A stretch of 64,000 nucleotides of DNA from Curvularia clavata (GCA_023920165.1 CP089278.1:930001-994000), one strand, 5' to 3'; counted from the stretch's first letter, positions 1 through 13,602 are shown. The notes: a model not told the origin generated them from the sequence alone. Numbers and translations are program-made.

Positions 1-1260
1 GCCATACTCGAATTTGTCTGACAGCTTTGGTACAGAAGGATTAGCTTGAACGTCGTCGTTCCATGTAGAGTTCAGTCCGATAATGGGGAGACCTCCGACA
101 AGCTCGTTTGTGTAGGTGACGTTGAAGTCCGTGGTATCGTACCATGACCAGGGGTCCAATATGCCACCTCGATCCTGTTCTGGCACGCTGTTTCTGTCCT
201 TGCCCGCCAGATTGCTGTTCGATGGCTCAGATGACGCGCTCCCTGTGGATCCGCCCCCTGTGTTGGCAGAGCTACTGTTCTTGCCTGATAACACAACCGC
301 CACGGGTATGATAATGGCCAACAAAAGAATAACAGAAAGTACACCTATCAGTATACGCTTCCGTTTCTTCTTCCGTGCAAGCTCCTCCTCTGAGTATACT
401 GTTGGTGCACCGCCTCCTCCACGCTTCTCCATCATATAGCGGTATTCAGAATCGTCGTCGATGCCTCCTTCTTCAGCCAATGGACCGCTGATGACACGCC
501 GTTTTTTCTGCTCAGTCCTGTGCTGCTTGTCCTGCCGTCTCCGTTCCCTCCTCTCTTCGGCCTCTGACTCTGTGTATCTGGATTCACGCCGCCGTCTCCG
601 CTCCTCTCTTTCATCTTCAGTGTAGGAACCCCGCTTCCTATCGAGTTCATCTTCAGTTTGACTTGCTTTCAACGCAGCTGCTTTCCGCCGTTCTTCACGT
701 CGCCGTCTCGCCTTTTCTTCATGCATGGCTGCATCGCTCTCTGCAGCACGCCGCCTGGCTTCCTCCTCCTTTTCCTGCCTCCTCTTCTCCGCACGTTCTT
801 CCTTTATCCTCTCCTTTTCAAGGTTCTTCTCTTTCCTCCTCACCTCCTTGAGATAGTCCTCGTCGTAGTCGTAGGTTCCCCAGCCTCCTGACTTCTTTGC
901 GTTGGTCTTGTCAAGCTTTGCGAGGGCTTCCAAGCTCAAGGGCGCAGAGCTCCGGCTGCCGCTTCCATCTGTCCTGGAGTTGCGACGGGAGCCCCGCGCT
1001 TTGCGGGGAGCTGGAGACTCATGTTCCGTATCGCTCTGTTGTCTCGAGCGGCGTTGGGGCCGCGGTAGCACATCTCCCTGTGAGTCGGTTGCTCGGTGGC
1101 CCTTTCTTCGCCTCCCTTCAGCATCAGGTGCCGCTCGTTCGCCATGGGATTCTCTCCGCCGGCGTCGTTCCGGGTCGGTATCACCGTGCGATTCTCTGCG
1201 TCGTCTTCGTTCATCGCCATGGGGCCGTCTACGTGACGGATCACGATCGCGGTCGCTCAT
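1..1260 (-). CDS. exgD: Glucan 1,3-beta-glucosidase D-like (GH5 family, type II membrane protein); 5' part only, runs off the window edge
   Basis: Not in the ORF track because there is no stop in the window. Manual translation from ATG 1260 gives an open frame: a long Arg/Glu-rich N-terminus (MSDRDRDPSRRRPHG...RRVISGPLAEEG), one TM helix (RILIGVLSVILLLAIIIPVAVVL), then DPWSWYDTTDFNVTYTNELVGGLPIIGLNSTWNDDVQANP, which is typical of ExgD. Confidence 0.85.
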   Translation of the reverse strand, partial: MSDRDRDPSRRRPHGDERRRRRESHGDTDPERRRRRESHGERAAPDAEGRRRKGHRATDSQGDVLPRPQRRSRQQSDTEHESPAPRKARGSRRNSRTDGSGSRSSAPLSLEALAKLDKTNAKKSGGWGTYDYDEDYLKEVRRKEKNLEKERIKEERAEKRRQEKEEEARRRAAESDAAMHEEKARRRREERRKAAALKASQTEDELDRKRGSYTEDEREERRRRRESRYTESEAEERRERRRQDKQHRTEQKKRRVISGPLAEEGGIDDDSEYRYMMEKRGGGGAPTVYSEEELARKKKRKRILIGVLSVILLLAIIIPVAVVLSGKNSSSANTGGGSTGSASSEPSNSNLAGKDRNSVPEQDRGGILDPWSWYDTTDFNVTYTNELVGGLPIIGLNSTWNDDVQANPSVPKLSDKFEYG

Positions 1261-2361
1261 TGCTAGAGGATGACTGGGTGCGAAGAGCTCTGGTATGTCG
1301 GGAATGCCAAAGCGCGGTGAAGGGTCGTGGGGCTAGAAGCACTTCATATGGCACTGGCCATCGCCAAAAGAAAACACACTGTTGACACGGAATAACGATA
1401 GGTTGGGCAGCAGACTCGGACTTGTATTCAGGCGATCAAGGGTTTGCGCATTGGTGACGAATAGGTACAATGGCGGCTGGCTGCAGCATGGGTTAAGCTT
1501 GCTGCGATGTTAAGGTGGTTGCTGGGGTGATTTGTGTTGATAGCGTACCTGACGTGGCGGAGCGGGCTGGGCACACCCTAAGCCGCTTGGGTTGCGGTCT
1601 TGGAAATGCGGCAAACAAGAACTTGGAATAAATTTGCAACCTGATTTGCTAAACAGGATTGGTATTTCTTGGGATGTACGTGCCATGCAGTGGTGGACTT
1701 GTCAGCACATACTCGAGACGTAGGCACGTGTTTGTACCCGTTGGGACCAATCTGTGCCCTCTAGTTCTTCGTGTTGGTGCATGTGTGCCAATTGCAGCCT
1801 AGAACGCAGGCGGTCAAGTCCGAAGCCATGCACACAATCCTCTGGTACGTCATGCGATAATTGCCGCAACCAACTGGAGCCGTGCATCTGGTCGGGAAGA
1901 ACGGAATGGCCAGCCAGCCCTGCATCGACGAGACGGATCTGCTCAGCCACCTGCACGGCTCGAGTGTATGACATCACAACACATGTCTATGTGTGTGCAA
2001 CCCCTTGACCCTGGCTCAAGCATGTGTAAAAATTATAATAAGAGCAGTGTATTTAGTATGTATGTGTGGTATCATAACGGAAAATGTAGAAAAGGAATGC
2101 GCAGGGGAGGGGATAGGCCTTTATGCTATCCGCCAGTAAGGCCTGCGAAGGCGCACCCGTGCCTCTCTATAAGCTGTTGTATGTGTAGTAGTGACGGTGT
2201 AAGATAGCATCCTTTTTATGGAACCAGATCAAAGTACCGCCCAAACAAAATGTGAGCCAGCGTCCATGGCAGCAAATGGCGCGGCAGTCCTGTCGGAAGT
2301 GGCAGTGCGCTGTAGCGCTCACCGTGGGAACGGATAGAAGGTTGCGAGGTCAAAGCAAGCT

Positions 2362-3458
2362 TCAAGAAGCAGCTACGCTCTGCGAAGAACCAGGGGCATC
2401 CGCAGAGACGGCAGCTTTGCCTTTGTCGGCGACCTTTTTGTCATCGTCGCTGTAGAGGCCATGCTCGTAGATGTAGTCGACGACCTTGTCAGGAATGTAG
2501 TAACGGATGCTCTTACCACGCTTGCGGAACAGGCGAATCTTGGTGGATGAGACATCGTTCTGGATGAGTTGGGGAATGACACGGATGTTGTGTCTCCACT
2601 GCTGCAGCTGAACCAGGGCGTCGTCTGTTTCAAATCAGTGATTGCCGGAAAAGCGTGTGAGAAGTTGGACATACCAATATCAGTGCCGCTGCGCTCGAGG
2701 ATGAATGCTCCGTAGTGGCCCAAGATCCTGCTTAGATCCTCGCGAGCCCAAAGTCCGGGCGTGCTCATGGTCTGGATGAGGTCGGCACCCGCGAGGAGAG
2801 CAACGTGAATGCGGCGCTTCTCGCCGTTTTCAGTCGCAATTCCTCCCAAGACTTCGTTCAGCTCATGGTCAAAATGGTCTAGCACCTTGACAGTGGGGAG
2901 ATATTCCTTGTGCAGCGGCTCCCATGGGTCGACGCCAATCCAGGTCGAACTATCCTGGACAGCGATCCTTGTCATGTTGATTCTGTGCTGTGCGGAAGCC
3001 AGTCCGGCCTTCTTGTATGCGTCGCCGACAGGACTGAAGAAGCCGCCGACGACTTCAAAGTCGGTCTCGAATTCGCAATAATCAGCCGCCTCTTCGAACA
3101 TGCGCAGATGGAGATTGGTTGGTGGGGAAAAGGAGCCACAGGAAACCAGGACGAGGGGCTGCTTGTTAGGGTTAGACAGCGTCTTTTTCAGTCTCTCCTT
3201 GGGGAATGTGTAGTTGTCGAGCGACATGACTTGGGCATCGGGGACTCCAGCGTCGAGCAGGATATCGCGATTAGTAGTCGAGGTCATGGTCGCAGCGTGT
3301 GAGGGGGTTGCGACGGGTTGCCGGAGGGCAGCGGGAGGAGACGGGCGGCGAGGAAAGAGAAGGCGGTTATGAGCAAGTGGGCGAAGAGTCGGGGCAAGGG
3401 TGGGGCCTTTTAAGGTCAGTCTAAGAGGAAGAGTCCATTGCAGGCGGGAGAGAGACAT
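2362..3458 (-). CDS. NMA1: Nicotinamide/nicotinate mononucleotide adenylyltransferase (NMNAT); alternative starts at 3458 and 3287
   Basis: Motifs GSFSPPTNLHLRMFE, GADLI and WAREDL. An intron at 2625-2674 (GTATGT...CTGAT...CAG) restores QNDVSSTKIRLF..SIRYYIPDKVVDYI, with TGA at 2362-2364. Confidence 0.95.
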
Positions 3459-4685
3459 TTATGAGTGTTTGGCTTACGAATGCTGCGATAAACGGGGAGC
3501 CCGGTCGTCTAACGGCAGGCTAGGCAGTAGTGAGAAGTGAGTCGGTAGGGGTCTGGCAGTGTCGCGGGGCTGAAGAGGCGACACCCGAGGGTTTGCGGTT
3601 TGCACGCGTGCGGCAGAAGGGAAGGCGCGCTGAGTGTTGGCCAAAGTGGGCGTTTGAATACGAGAGCAATGGTTTACTTGAGGGCGAGAGGTGCGCATAT
3701 AATATAGGCACAAGAGAGTTGCCAGGGCGGGTAAAGGGCGGCCATGTTTTGTAATGTACATTCTCTTACGGCACCGCGGTTGAGACTGTTTCCCGTGGGT
3801 GGGCGGTGGCGGGGCTGCCCAGGCCCCCTTCGCTCGCTCGCAAGATTGTGTGAGCAACCGCAGATCTGGCCGCGCACCGGGGCCCTCCGTAGCCAGCCGT
3901 TGTCGACTTCGCACTACGGAGGTTTGTACAGACATGGCGCGTCAGTCGCCTACTTGGCCCATACAGCGGCGCGCATGCAACCCAAGTCTGCGCCGTTGTG
4001 CGGGATGGAAGCACCTCACGTGGGCGATGTCGGCATTTCCCCGACCCCACAAGCCTGTCGCGGAATCAGTGGGCGCGGGCCGTGGGATGCACAGTCAAAT
4101 GATGAACAAATCCAGACTGACGAGGCGGCGCCTTGGATCCGGCCGTGGAGTAGGCCTTGTTGGCTTGACTCAACGATAGCACCAAGAGGGACGGGTGCAG
4201 CACCTCAATGGCGGGGGATTACATGTCCATGGCCCATGTGCACAGTAGAGTCAGGCTGCCGCTCCGTCATGCAGACAAGAGCCAGCCGACCTCTCTGGCT
4301 AATTTGCAAGTTGGAAAAATAAAATCAGCCAAAAATAAAATCTAATAAACCTCCGCCGAGACAAGGCAGCAGGTGCCCATGGCAGATGGTACAGCACAGC
4401 ACAGCACGCACAGCACGCAGGTTCGCTATCGATAACGGCGGGCGCTAGTCGGTCACGTAACTAGCTCCGCCGACTGGGCGTCGAGCATATCCAACCTCAA
4501 GTCTTCGCCAGACTCAACGCAGTATTACCACGTCTTTCTATACCCATCACCACCATTCCCGGGCAACTCACTCGTTTGCTCCCCCTCAATCTGCCTCCTC
4601 TCACCTCCCGCCCCACAAAATACCCGCCTTTGTGTGTTTGCTCTCTCCGTACTCGCTCGAGCAACCGCCTAATGGCGCGTTCTTG

Positions 4686-7600
4686 ATGGCATCCAGAGGA
4701 CCTCGTCAAAGGTAAATACCGCTCGCTTTACTCGACCCTTCGTCACTGCAGCAATCTCAACTCCACCGCTCAACTCCATCTCCTGCTGCCGCTGCCTCAG
4801 CCTTGTCTCATTTTTGCTTTGTCGACACAACTGCTGCAACCCACCGGCGCCACCCTGCCGGAGCACCTCGCCATTGCACAAGCCTAAAGTCTGAATCTCA
4901 TGTCGTCCAGAGTCACTCGCTCGCAAAGGCGCCAATCAGCCAACAACTCCATCAACAACAGCGACAACCCCCCGCCGACAACATCCTCGCAACCTCCCCC
5001 GACGCCCACAGCAACCCGTAAGAGGAAGTCTGCTGCGTCCGACCACAGTCCACCCCAGCTAGACAACACCGTGGCACTTCCTCCCCGTGGAGCCCGTAAC
5101 AAGCGCTCCAAGATTGACTCTCAAGACCCACCCCCACAACAAAAGACCCGCTCCACAAAGGCAAAGGGCAAAGCCGCAGCTGCCGCTGTCGCCATGTCTT
5201 CCACTGGGTCGGTGCCAAGCGCATCTTCACACGGCCGTGTGCTGACTGAAACCAGCCCCCCATCATATCCCATCGACGAGAAGTCGACGCCACAATCCTC
5301 AAAACGCAGTAGAGGCGTCCGCAAGAGTGGAGCCGATAGCTCTCGGCGGCACCCAAAACCTTCTTCCCACACCGACCCCGACGCAGACACACCCTCCGCA
5401 TCCCGCCGAAGCTCGCGAAAGTCAAACAAGATGGAAACCGATACCAACATGGATGACGCGCCTCCAGCCGGCCTTGAAGACGACGCTCGCCATTCGGGAG
5501 ACGATCACAGCAGTGACGACGAACACGCTGACGACCATCGGAACCGCTACGATCACGACGAAGACGAAGATGACGACGATGATGACGATGACGACGACGA
5601 TGAAGAAGAAGGCGACGACGACGACGATGACGATCCCTTCACCAGTGGCTTTCTCGGACGTAACTCCCATAGTCTTTCTGCTCTTAGGCAGCTGACAGGA
5701 ATCATGGCGGGCACTACGCAGCGCCTACGTGGTATCCTGGAACAACTGCGGTCGCCTGACGACTCTGTACAACTGATTGCTCTCAACGAGCTTTCCGAAG
5801 TGCTCCTTATCTCCACCGAAGATAACTTGGCTGGCCACTTTTCTCCCGATGCATACGTCAAGGAGCTTGTCAAGCTCATGCAACCCAATGAGTTTACAAT
5901 GGAGGAGAATCCAGAGATTATGCTACTCGCCTGCCGCTGCCTTGCAAACTTGATGGAAGCCCTCCCTCAAGCCACTGCCAACGTCGTCTATGGTGGCGCA
6001 GTCCCTGTCCTTTGCTCAAAGCTACTCGAAATCAATTTCATCGACTTGGCCGAACAATGCTTGAGCACCTTGGAAAAAATTTCCGTCGAGTTTCCAGGAG
6101 TCATTGTGCGCGAGGGTGGTCTTACCGCTTGCCTTACATTCCTCGACTTCTTCGCCACCAGCACACAGCGAACAGCCGTCACAACGGCAGCAAACTGCTG
6201 CCGTAACATCCCAGAAGATTCGTTTCCCGTTGTGCGCGATGTCATGCCTATTCTAGAAAACATCTTGAACAACAACGACCAAAAGGTTGTCGAGCAGGGC
6301 TGCATCTGTGTATCTCGGATTGTTCAGAGCTTCAAGCAGCATGAGAGCAAACTCGAAGAGCTCGTCAGCCCAGGCCTTCTACAGGCCATTCTTCGACTTC
6401 TTCTACCAGGCACCACCAACTTGATTGGGGCCAACATCCATACCATGTTCCTCCAGGTCCTCGCTTACACGGCCAAAGCTAGTCCACGCCTATCGGCGGA
6501 GCTGTTGAAGATGAACGTTGTCGACACCCTGTATCAGATTCTTACCGGCGTCTCGCCTCCTAGTGGTACCGAGGATGTTGCAGCCAAGATTGACTCTGTA
6601 GTCATCATGCAAGCGCTTATCCATCGGCCCAAGGATCAGGTGTTTGAGACTCTAAATGTCATTTGCGAACTCCTACCGGATGTTCCTCAACAGGGCCTCT
6701 CGTATCTCGACGACCTGTTCGATGCGGGCTATCCTGGTGACGACTTGCTTCCCCTTTCGTCATCGAACAAGAAGACTACGAATGAGAAGCGTGTGCAGTT
6801 ACTGGAAGGATGCAAACCCGAAGTTAAGCGCTTTGCCGTCATTCTCCTACCGACCCTGACAGATGCCTATTCCAGTACTGTCAACCTTAGCGTTCGACAG
6901 AAAGTACTGACTGCCCATCTCAAGATGTTGTCGAACCTCGACATTGACATTTTGGAGGAAGCCCTACGGCCCGTGCCGTATGCTTCGCACTTGGCATCGA
7001 TATTCACACAACAAGACCACCCGTCTCTCGTGACGTACGCCCTACAGGCCGCCGAGCTGTTGCTCAAGCGATTGGAGTCGATATATCGCTATCAATTCTA
7101 TCGCGAAGGTGTCATTTCAGAAATCCAGCAACTAGGAAATCGTCCGTGCAAGACACTGGATGGTCGGACCAAAGAGCCAAAATCAACATCGGGCGTCACC
7201 ATGACTACTTCTGGCGATAGTGCTGCCTCATCTGCTGAACCAGAAGTCGAGCCAGAAGCCAATAACCTGAATGAAGGGGACGACATGGAAATGGGGTCCG
7301 ATGGCGAGGGCGACGAAGTGGACCTCGACGAGGATCCACATGAGAGCAGTCAGAACCGGGATGAGGACGATGAATCAGACTCTTCTTCATCCTCTGATGA
7401 CCAGCGTGAACCGCCTCCAATGCCCAATATCGAGGACATCATTACCCTTCGCGCAAAAAAGTTTATTGAGGCGCATGAGAAGGACAGCGACAAGCCTACA
7501 CGAGACAAAGCAACTGCAGTCTTGGATGACCTCAAGATGCTTGCCAATGAAATCAAAGCTTGCAGCTCCAAAGGTACTACTACAAACAACTACATGAACC

Positions 7601-10600
7601 TGTTCACACGATTGGCGTCTTATTTTGAGGGCGATGCGCTTGAGAGCATCACTAGTTATGAGCTCAAGTCGTCCAAGATTGTTGAAGTGCTGTTGGAGGT
7701 CTTCTCCAAGCCTATCTCGTCAAAGGACGTCGACCCTCGACCCATCTTCTTGGAGGCCTTCATGGGTGGAAGCAGCCAGAGTAAGATCAAGACAGCAAGC
7801 ACAGCATCTCCGGCGACACCTTTCAGTGTTTTGGTCCACAAACTTCAAGATCTGCTCAGTAGGTCTGAGCATTTCGACGTCATCACTGTGCACCAGAACA
7901 TGTACGATAGTCGAGGCAGCGCGACCTCTATGCTAGCTAAACAACTTCGGCTGAAGCTTGTTGCTGATGAGGATTCCGGAATTCCCAAGACTTACCGAAA
8001 CATCATGGTGTCTATTCATGCTATTGCGACGTTCAAAGCCTTGGACGACTACCTCCGTCCTCGCATCAGCCTTGCAGATCGACCCCGGCCACCCCAGCCG
8101 AGAGACCAGTTCGCTCGTGATCAGTTTGAAGCCATGTACGCCCAGGCTCTCGCTGAAGGTCGTGCACCTCCGCCTCCTCGAACACCATCCGATCCAGCGA
8201 GCCGTGCACCCAAAAAATCTTCACGCTCCAAGCCTGGCCCGCCAGAATCACCTCAACCAGGACCTAGCTCTGCTACGCGTGAAAAGACGCGACGATCGAG
8301 CAGGCGCCAGCAGAACCCTCCGCTGCCACCACCTCCCCCACCACCCGCTATGCCCCGCTCCAACAGCAGCCAGGATCCTGTTGAATGCGCCGATGAAGCC
8401 CAGCTTTCCGACCCCGAGTCCATGGACGAGGACAGTGCCTTGAACGCTATTGTGGACGATTTAGAGGAGGATTTGGACGAAGACATGCCAGACCCTTCTG
8501 CGGTCAGCGTCGAGGTTGCATCAACAGGGAAAGCGACCGCTCATCAGGAAGATGGCACAAGGATTGCGACACCAGTTCAGGGCACACCAATGGCAAAGCC
8601 ACCCTCGGAGGCCAGGACTCCTGCTTCACGACTGTCTGCCTTGTTACAGAGTTCTGCTATGCGACAGAGTTTAGGAGGGGCGGCTAGCGCTCTTTCATAT
8701 GCTGCCGCCGTCCAATCCACTCCTCAGGACTGGCACATCGAGTTCAGTGTGAATGACCAGCCTCTCTCAAATGAGACAACCATCTACCGCGCCGTGCACT
8801 TCACGCGACCTCAGCCATCAGAAGGCCCACAGCGCTCTGTATGGAATGGCATCCATACCATCAAGTTCAAACGGGTGCAGGGTCCACCACCGAGCGAATC
8901 CAGCTCCTTGACGCCGCCGCCCGAATCCAAGTCTGAAGCTTCGGGCATGCCAGCTTCGTTGGATCAGCACCCCGTCACATCTGGTATCCTCAGGTTGCTC
9001 AGTATTCTTCACGGATTGAATTCGCATCTGGATGATATTCTTCTGGCGAACAAGGAGCAGATCAAAGTGAATGCAGAGCCACTTTCGCAGTTTGTCAACA
9101 CAAAGCTTACAGCGAAGCTCAATCGTCAACTGGAAGAGCCCCTCATTGTGGCCAGCAACTGTCTTCCCAGCTGGAGCGAGGACCTTGCTCGCTTTTACCC
9201 GTTCCTGTTCCCATTCGAGACTCGCCATCTCTTCTTGCAGTCTACCTCGTTTGGCTACTCACGGTCAATGACTCGATGGCAGAACTCGCAGCCTACAAGC
9301 GATTCACGAAGCGACCGACACCGGGATGAGAGGCCCTTCTTGGGCAGACTTCAACGCCAGAAGGTCCGTATATCAAGATCACGCATTCTTGAGTCTGCCA
9401 TGAAGGTCATGCAGCTCTACGGACACTCTGCCAGTGTCTTGGAGGTTGAATATTTCGAAGAAGTAGGAACTGGCCTGGGACCAACTCTCGAGTTCTATTC
9501 GACTGTATCACGTGAGTTCTCCAAGAAGAAGCTCAAGCTCTGGCGCGAGAACGAATCCAACGACGATGATGAATATGCTTTTGGCAAGCGAGGTCTGTAT
9601 CCCGCGCCAATGAGCGAAGAAGAAGCAAACAGTGAGAACGGTGAGAAGCGCCTCGAGTTGTTCAAAGTCCTCGGCAAATTTGTAGCCCGTTCCATGCTGG
9701 ACTCCCGCATCATCGACATTTCCTTCAACCCGACTTTCTTCCGCATTAGCGATGGTTCCAGCTCAGCGGTTGTGCCGTCTCTCGGAGCTATTAAGACTGT
9801 CGATGAGGGATTGGCTAAATCTCTGCTACTGCTCAAGCAATTTGCCGACGCTAAGAAGAAGGTTGAGGACAGTGACATGAGCCCAGAAGAAAAGGCTCTA
9901 GCGCTTCAAGAAATCGTCATACATGACTGCAAAGTGGAAGACCTTGCACTCGACTTCACACTGCCTGGTTATGAGTCGATTGAGTTGATCGAAAACGGTG
10001 CGAATACACCTGTCACAATCGACAATGTCGACACCTACGTCGATAAAGTCATCGATTTCACTTTGGGCTCCGGTGTCGAGCGCCAGGCAAATGCTTTCCG
10101 TGAGGGTTTCACAGAAGTGTTCCCGTATTCTGCACTCAAAGCCTTCACTCCTGACGAGCTGGTAATGCTCTTTGGCAGGACCGATGAAGATTGGTCCCTC
10201 GAAAGTAAGTTTCAAATACCTCGTGAGAAGTATAACAATGCTAACGATACCTCAGCACTGATGGACTCGATCAAGGCGGACCACGGCTACAATCTTGACA
10301 GCAAGAGCGTGCGGAACCTGCTGGCTACGATGAGCGAATTCAATGCGCAAGAGCGTCGAGACTTTTTGCAATTCATTACTGGCAGCCCCAAGCTTCCTAT
10401 TGGAGGTAAGTCCTATATACTAGTTCTCACAATAGAGAGTAGATGCTAACCACTTCACAGGCTTCAAGGCTCTCACACCAATGTTCACCGTCGTCTGCAA
10501 GCCCAGCGAGCCACCCTTCACATCAGACGACTATCTCCCCTCTGTTATGACCTGTGTCAACTACCTCAAGATGCCAGACTACAGCAGCATCGAAGTATTG

Positions 10601-10657
10601 CGCGAAAAGCTGAGTGTTGCCATCCGCGAAGGCCAGGGTGCTTTCCATCTTTCTTAG
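4686..10657 (+). CDS. UFD4: HECT E3 ubiquitin ligase, Ufd4/TRIP12 family
   Basis: ARM-repeat region, then a HECT domain ([14 protein letters not shown]-terminal exon [17 protein letters not shown]...GAFHLS*). Predicted introns are 4712-4910, 5208-5255, 10205-10255 and 10406-10460. The start could alternatively be ATG 4900. Confidence 0.95.
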
Positions 10658-10974
10658 ACTGTGCGTGTGCAATGGGAGGAGTGTCCGGTGTGTTCTTCTT
10701 CTTTTTTTTGGGAAAGGATGAGGGAGTGAAAGATGTATGAATACTCCTGAGGTGTGATTTACTATCTTACCTACTTTTCTTTAGGGCGTGTGCGCGGAAG
10801 GGGAGGGGCTGGAAATATCGATATCCATGACAGCTTCTTCTTGTTTTTTGGAAGATGGAAGATGGCGCTTTTCGTTTTCTTTTTTTTCAGAACTGATTAA
10901 AGCGTGCATGGATTGAAATGCAGCTTAGGATTTGGTATCAAATGGGCTTTTTCTCAAGTATGCATTGCGGGTAG

Positions 10975-11017
10975 TTTTTTTTTTTTTTTGCTGCTATCTT
11001 CCTGGGGGGGGGGGGGG
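10975..11017. repeat. Adjacent poly-T and poly-G homopolymer runs in or downstream of the UFD4 3' region
   Basis: A run of about 15 T followed by a run of about 14 G. Confidence 0.8.
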
Positions 11018-12375
11018 TTTGGAAGGGGCTGGTGGATCGGGCGTTTAAAGCGCAAACGGTTTCTTCTGCTTCTGCTCAATCTACTTGGCAAAGTAGTAAG
11101 TAGGTAGCTAGGGTCGGTTGGTTCTGTGACGAAGTACAGAGTACAGACAGAATCATTAGAATCGCAGAAATATTTCACAGCATTTCTTTCTCTCTTCTCT
11201 TCTTAGTCATATTGGCTTCAGTTCATTAGACAAACCAGACCCAGCGAAGGAGAATGAGTGGAAATATAGAACGCGGTTCAAACAATAATCTACCCACCTG
11301 TCTAACCATAGCTCATTACCTTTGGCTCCCTCTCTACTTCCTTTCCTCAGATGATTAAAAGACCCTGCATCCTTCCATCCGCTGATTGCCTTTTCCTTCC
11401 CCTCCCTCCTATCTCCCTTCGTCTTTTGTAACATACCCAAGCATCCAGCCCTCCTTTGAGCATACATACATTCCAAGCATACCCAGCGCCCAATTTAAGG
11501 AGGTGCTTACTACCATCAGAGAGAAAGAAGAGAGGGGGGGTAGAGCGGGAGCCGTTGACGTGCGCACAGCGCAGACGCTCGCACCACCCGCATGTCTGTC
11601 CTGTTTGTTCCGTCTCCACAGTTTATTTCACATGTCCATGGGAGCGTGTGCCTTTCCATGGCCTCTACGTTTGTGGTCTTCTGGGTCCGCGAACCCCCAC
11701 CTGCCGTGCTCTTCAAGCAGGCAGCGGAGTGGATTGCTTGGGTTAAGGTTGATGGGTGGGAATGGTTGGTTGAGGGCGGCGAAATTGGGTCTTTGTAGAT
11801 CTCTCTCCGTGCTGTGAGCACTTGGGTTCGGGATTTTTAGTTTTCTTTTTTTTTTTCAAAAACTCGATTGAAAATCGGAAGGATAGTTGGTATGCTGAAA
11901 AACAGCTTTATCGCATTCTTCGACACATGGTGGACGTCCGTTCAAATGGGACGTGGTGGGGAAAGGGAATGACTCGCAGAGGCTGTGCGGTGAGTTTCTT
12001 GTTTGTACGTGCAGAAGGAAGATTATGGAGACTAAAAGCAGCGATTTTCATATCTTTATTAAACCCTTTCTCCTGACTGCTTTAACCCAGACGCGCGTGC
12101 GTGTGCGTGTGCGCGCGGTTGCTTTGGGGCCTTGCTTTTGCTCGCCTACCATCTGCCTATCCTCCTCTTCCTCTCTCTCTCTCCTATTATGCTTTATTGG
12201 TGATTGTTTTTTCTTTCCTTTCCTCCTTATATATTATATTTTTGCTCAATTCCCTCGCCCGTTCACGCCGTTTTTTGCCAATCTCTTTCCTCCCCCACTT
12301 TCACCGTTGTGAGATTCGCAAACGTCCAGAGTCAAGTCATTCGTCCTCACCAACTGGACCGTCGTCGAACCCACA

Positions 12376-12765
12376 ATGCCTTCATCCACACACTTTGGCG
12401 CATTCCTAGTCGCCCGTGATGAATCTCATGGCTTTTCAATCTTCGAGAATGATTCGCAAAAGCGCGGGTTCATTATTGTTATTATACTCAGTCTTTTCGC
12501 TACGGTTGGCATGCTCGGGCTCATCCTTACACTCATCATGCTGAAGAATAGACGGGATCGTAAGAAGAAGAAGGCGAAGATGGATGCGGATAAGGAGACG
12601 GCCTGGCCGGGGACAAAGGGGCGGTACCAGAAGGTTGACGATGAAGAGAAGGATGGCGTGTGGAGTGCGGAGATGGAGATGGATGATAGAGGGGTGTACA
12701 ATGGAAGGGGATACGGGGAAAGTGCTGCAGACGTGAGCAAGGAACCGTATAGGCCGGTGAAATGA
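12376..12765 (+). CDS. Small single-pass membrane protein, unknown function
   Basis: ATG in good context (CACAATG) after a pyrimidine-rich leader. One TM segment (FIIVIILSLFATVGMLGLILTLIML) is followed by a basic stop-transfer stretch (KNRRDRKKKK). Confidence 0.6.
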   Translation: MPSSTHFGAFLVARDESHGFSIFENDSQKRGFIIVIILSLFATVGMLGLILTLIMLKNRRDRKKKKAKMDADKETAWPGTKGRYQKVDDEEKDGVWSAEMEMDDRGVYNGRGYGESAADVSKEPYRPVK

Positions 12766-13602
12766 GGACCCGAGACAGGTGCGAGGATGCGAGTTGAGGC
12801 CAGCGGTGTGGATTATGATGCGCCTGCATCAGATTGAAGAGGTTGAAACATGGGCTGCGAGTCCTACCGACTATTTGGCGTTATTCAGGCGTATTTTTTT
12901 TGGGAACGGGAAAGGAAACAGGTTGCCACGGGGGAATTCTCTTAAGGTCCTCGAAGAAACGTCGGCGCAGCTTATTGAACTCAAGCTCGATTGCATCGTC
13001 GATTTACTATATTTGGCTGCGGGCAAGCTTCCCATTTTAGAACTTTCAACAACCGTAGCGGCAACGGCTTGGGGGAAAAAGAAAGAAAGACATGATCCAT
13101 AATTCGTTGGACCAGTGCCTCTTTACTATACTACAAATGGTCCTTGAGATACTTGTATCCATCAACTTCCTTTTACTGGCAGAACACGAAATCTTCTCCT
13201 GATCGCATCGCCATCATGGTTCTTCATTGGAGATGCTGCTCCCATTGAATTAAATTATTGCATCCATCTATTTCCTTTCGCACTGCCATACTCATACCTG
13301 TTTTGAAAGAGATGGCCACGTCCTTATGTAGTCCAACACTCATGCAGGGCAACCCGGACTTTGTTTCAGATAGCAAATTTATGTTATGAACAAAGCAGCC
13401 AAGCTATTAACCTACATGTTATTTCCTCTTGTGCACAAATCATTATTAGAGCGAGATCGATGAGCTCCAAGGGAGATTTATACTCCAATCATGATTCATA
13501 TTCTATACAACGTTGTCCCTACATATGTCTCTCTCTTCAGCTGCTATACTCTTTCTGAAAATCAGCGCTTTTGCTGACATGAGCTGTTCCACCTGCGTAC
13601 CC

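Noticed and set aside
1702..2008. Overlapping short ORFs between exgD and NMNAT
   Set aside because: No recognisable motifs or splice structure; the region is likely promoter or 3' UTR.
5550..5635. (GAY)n trinucleotide tract
   Set aside because: An ordinary acidic poly-Asp/Glu stretch within UFD4.
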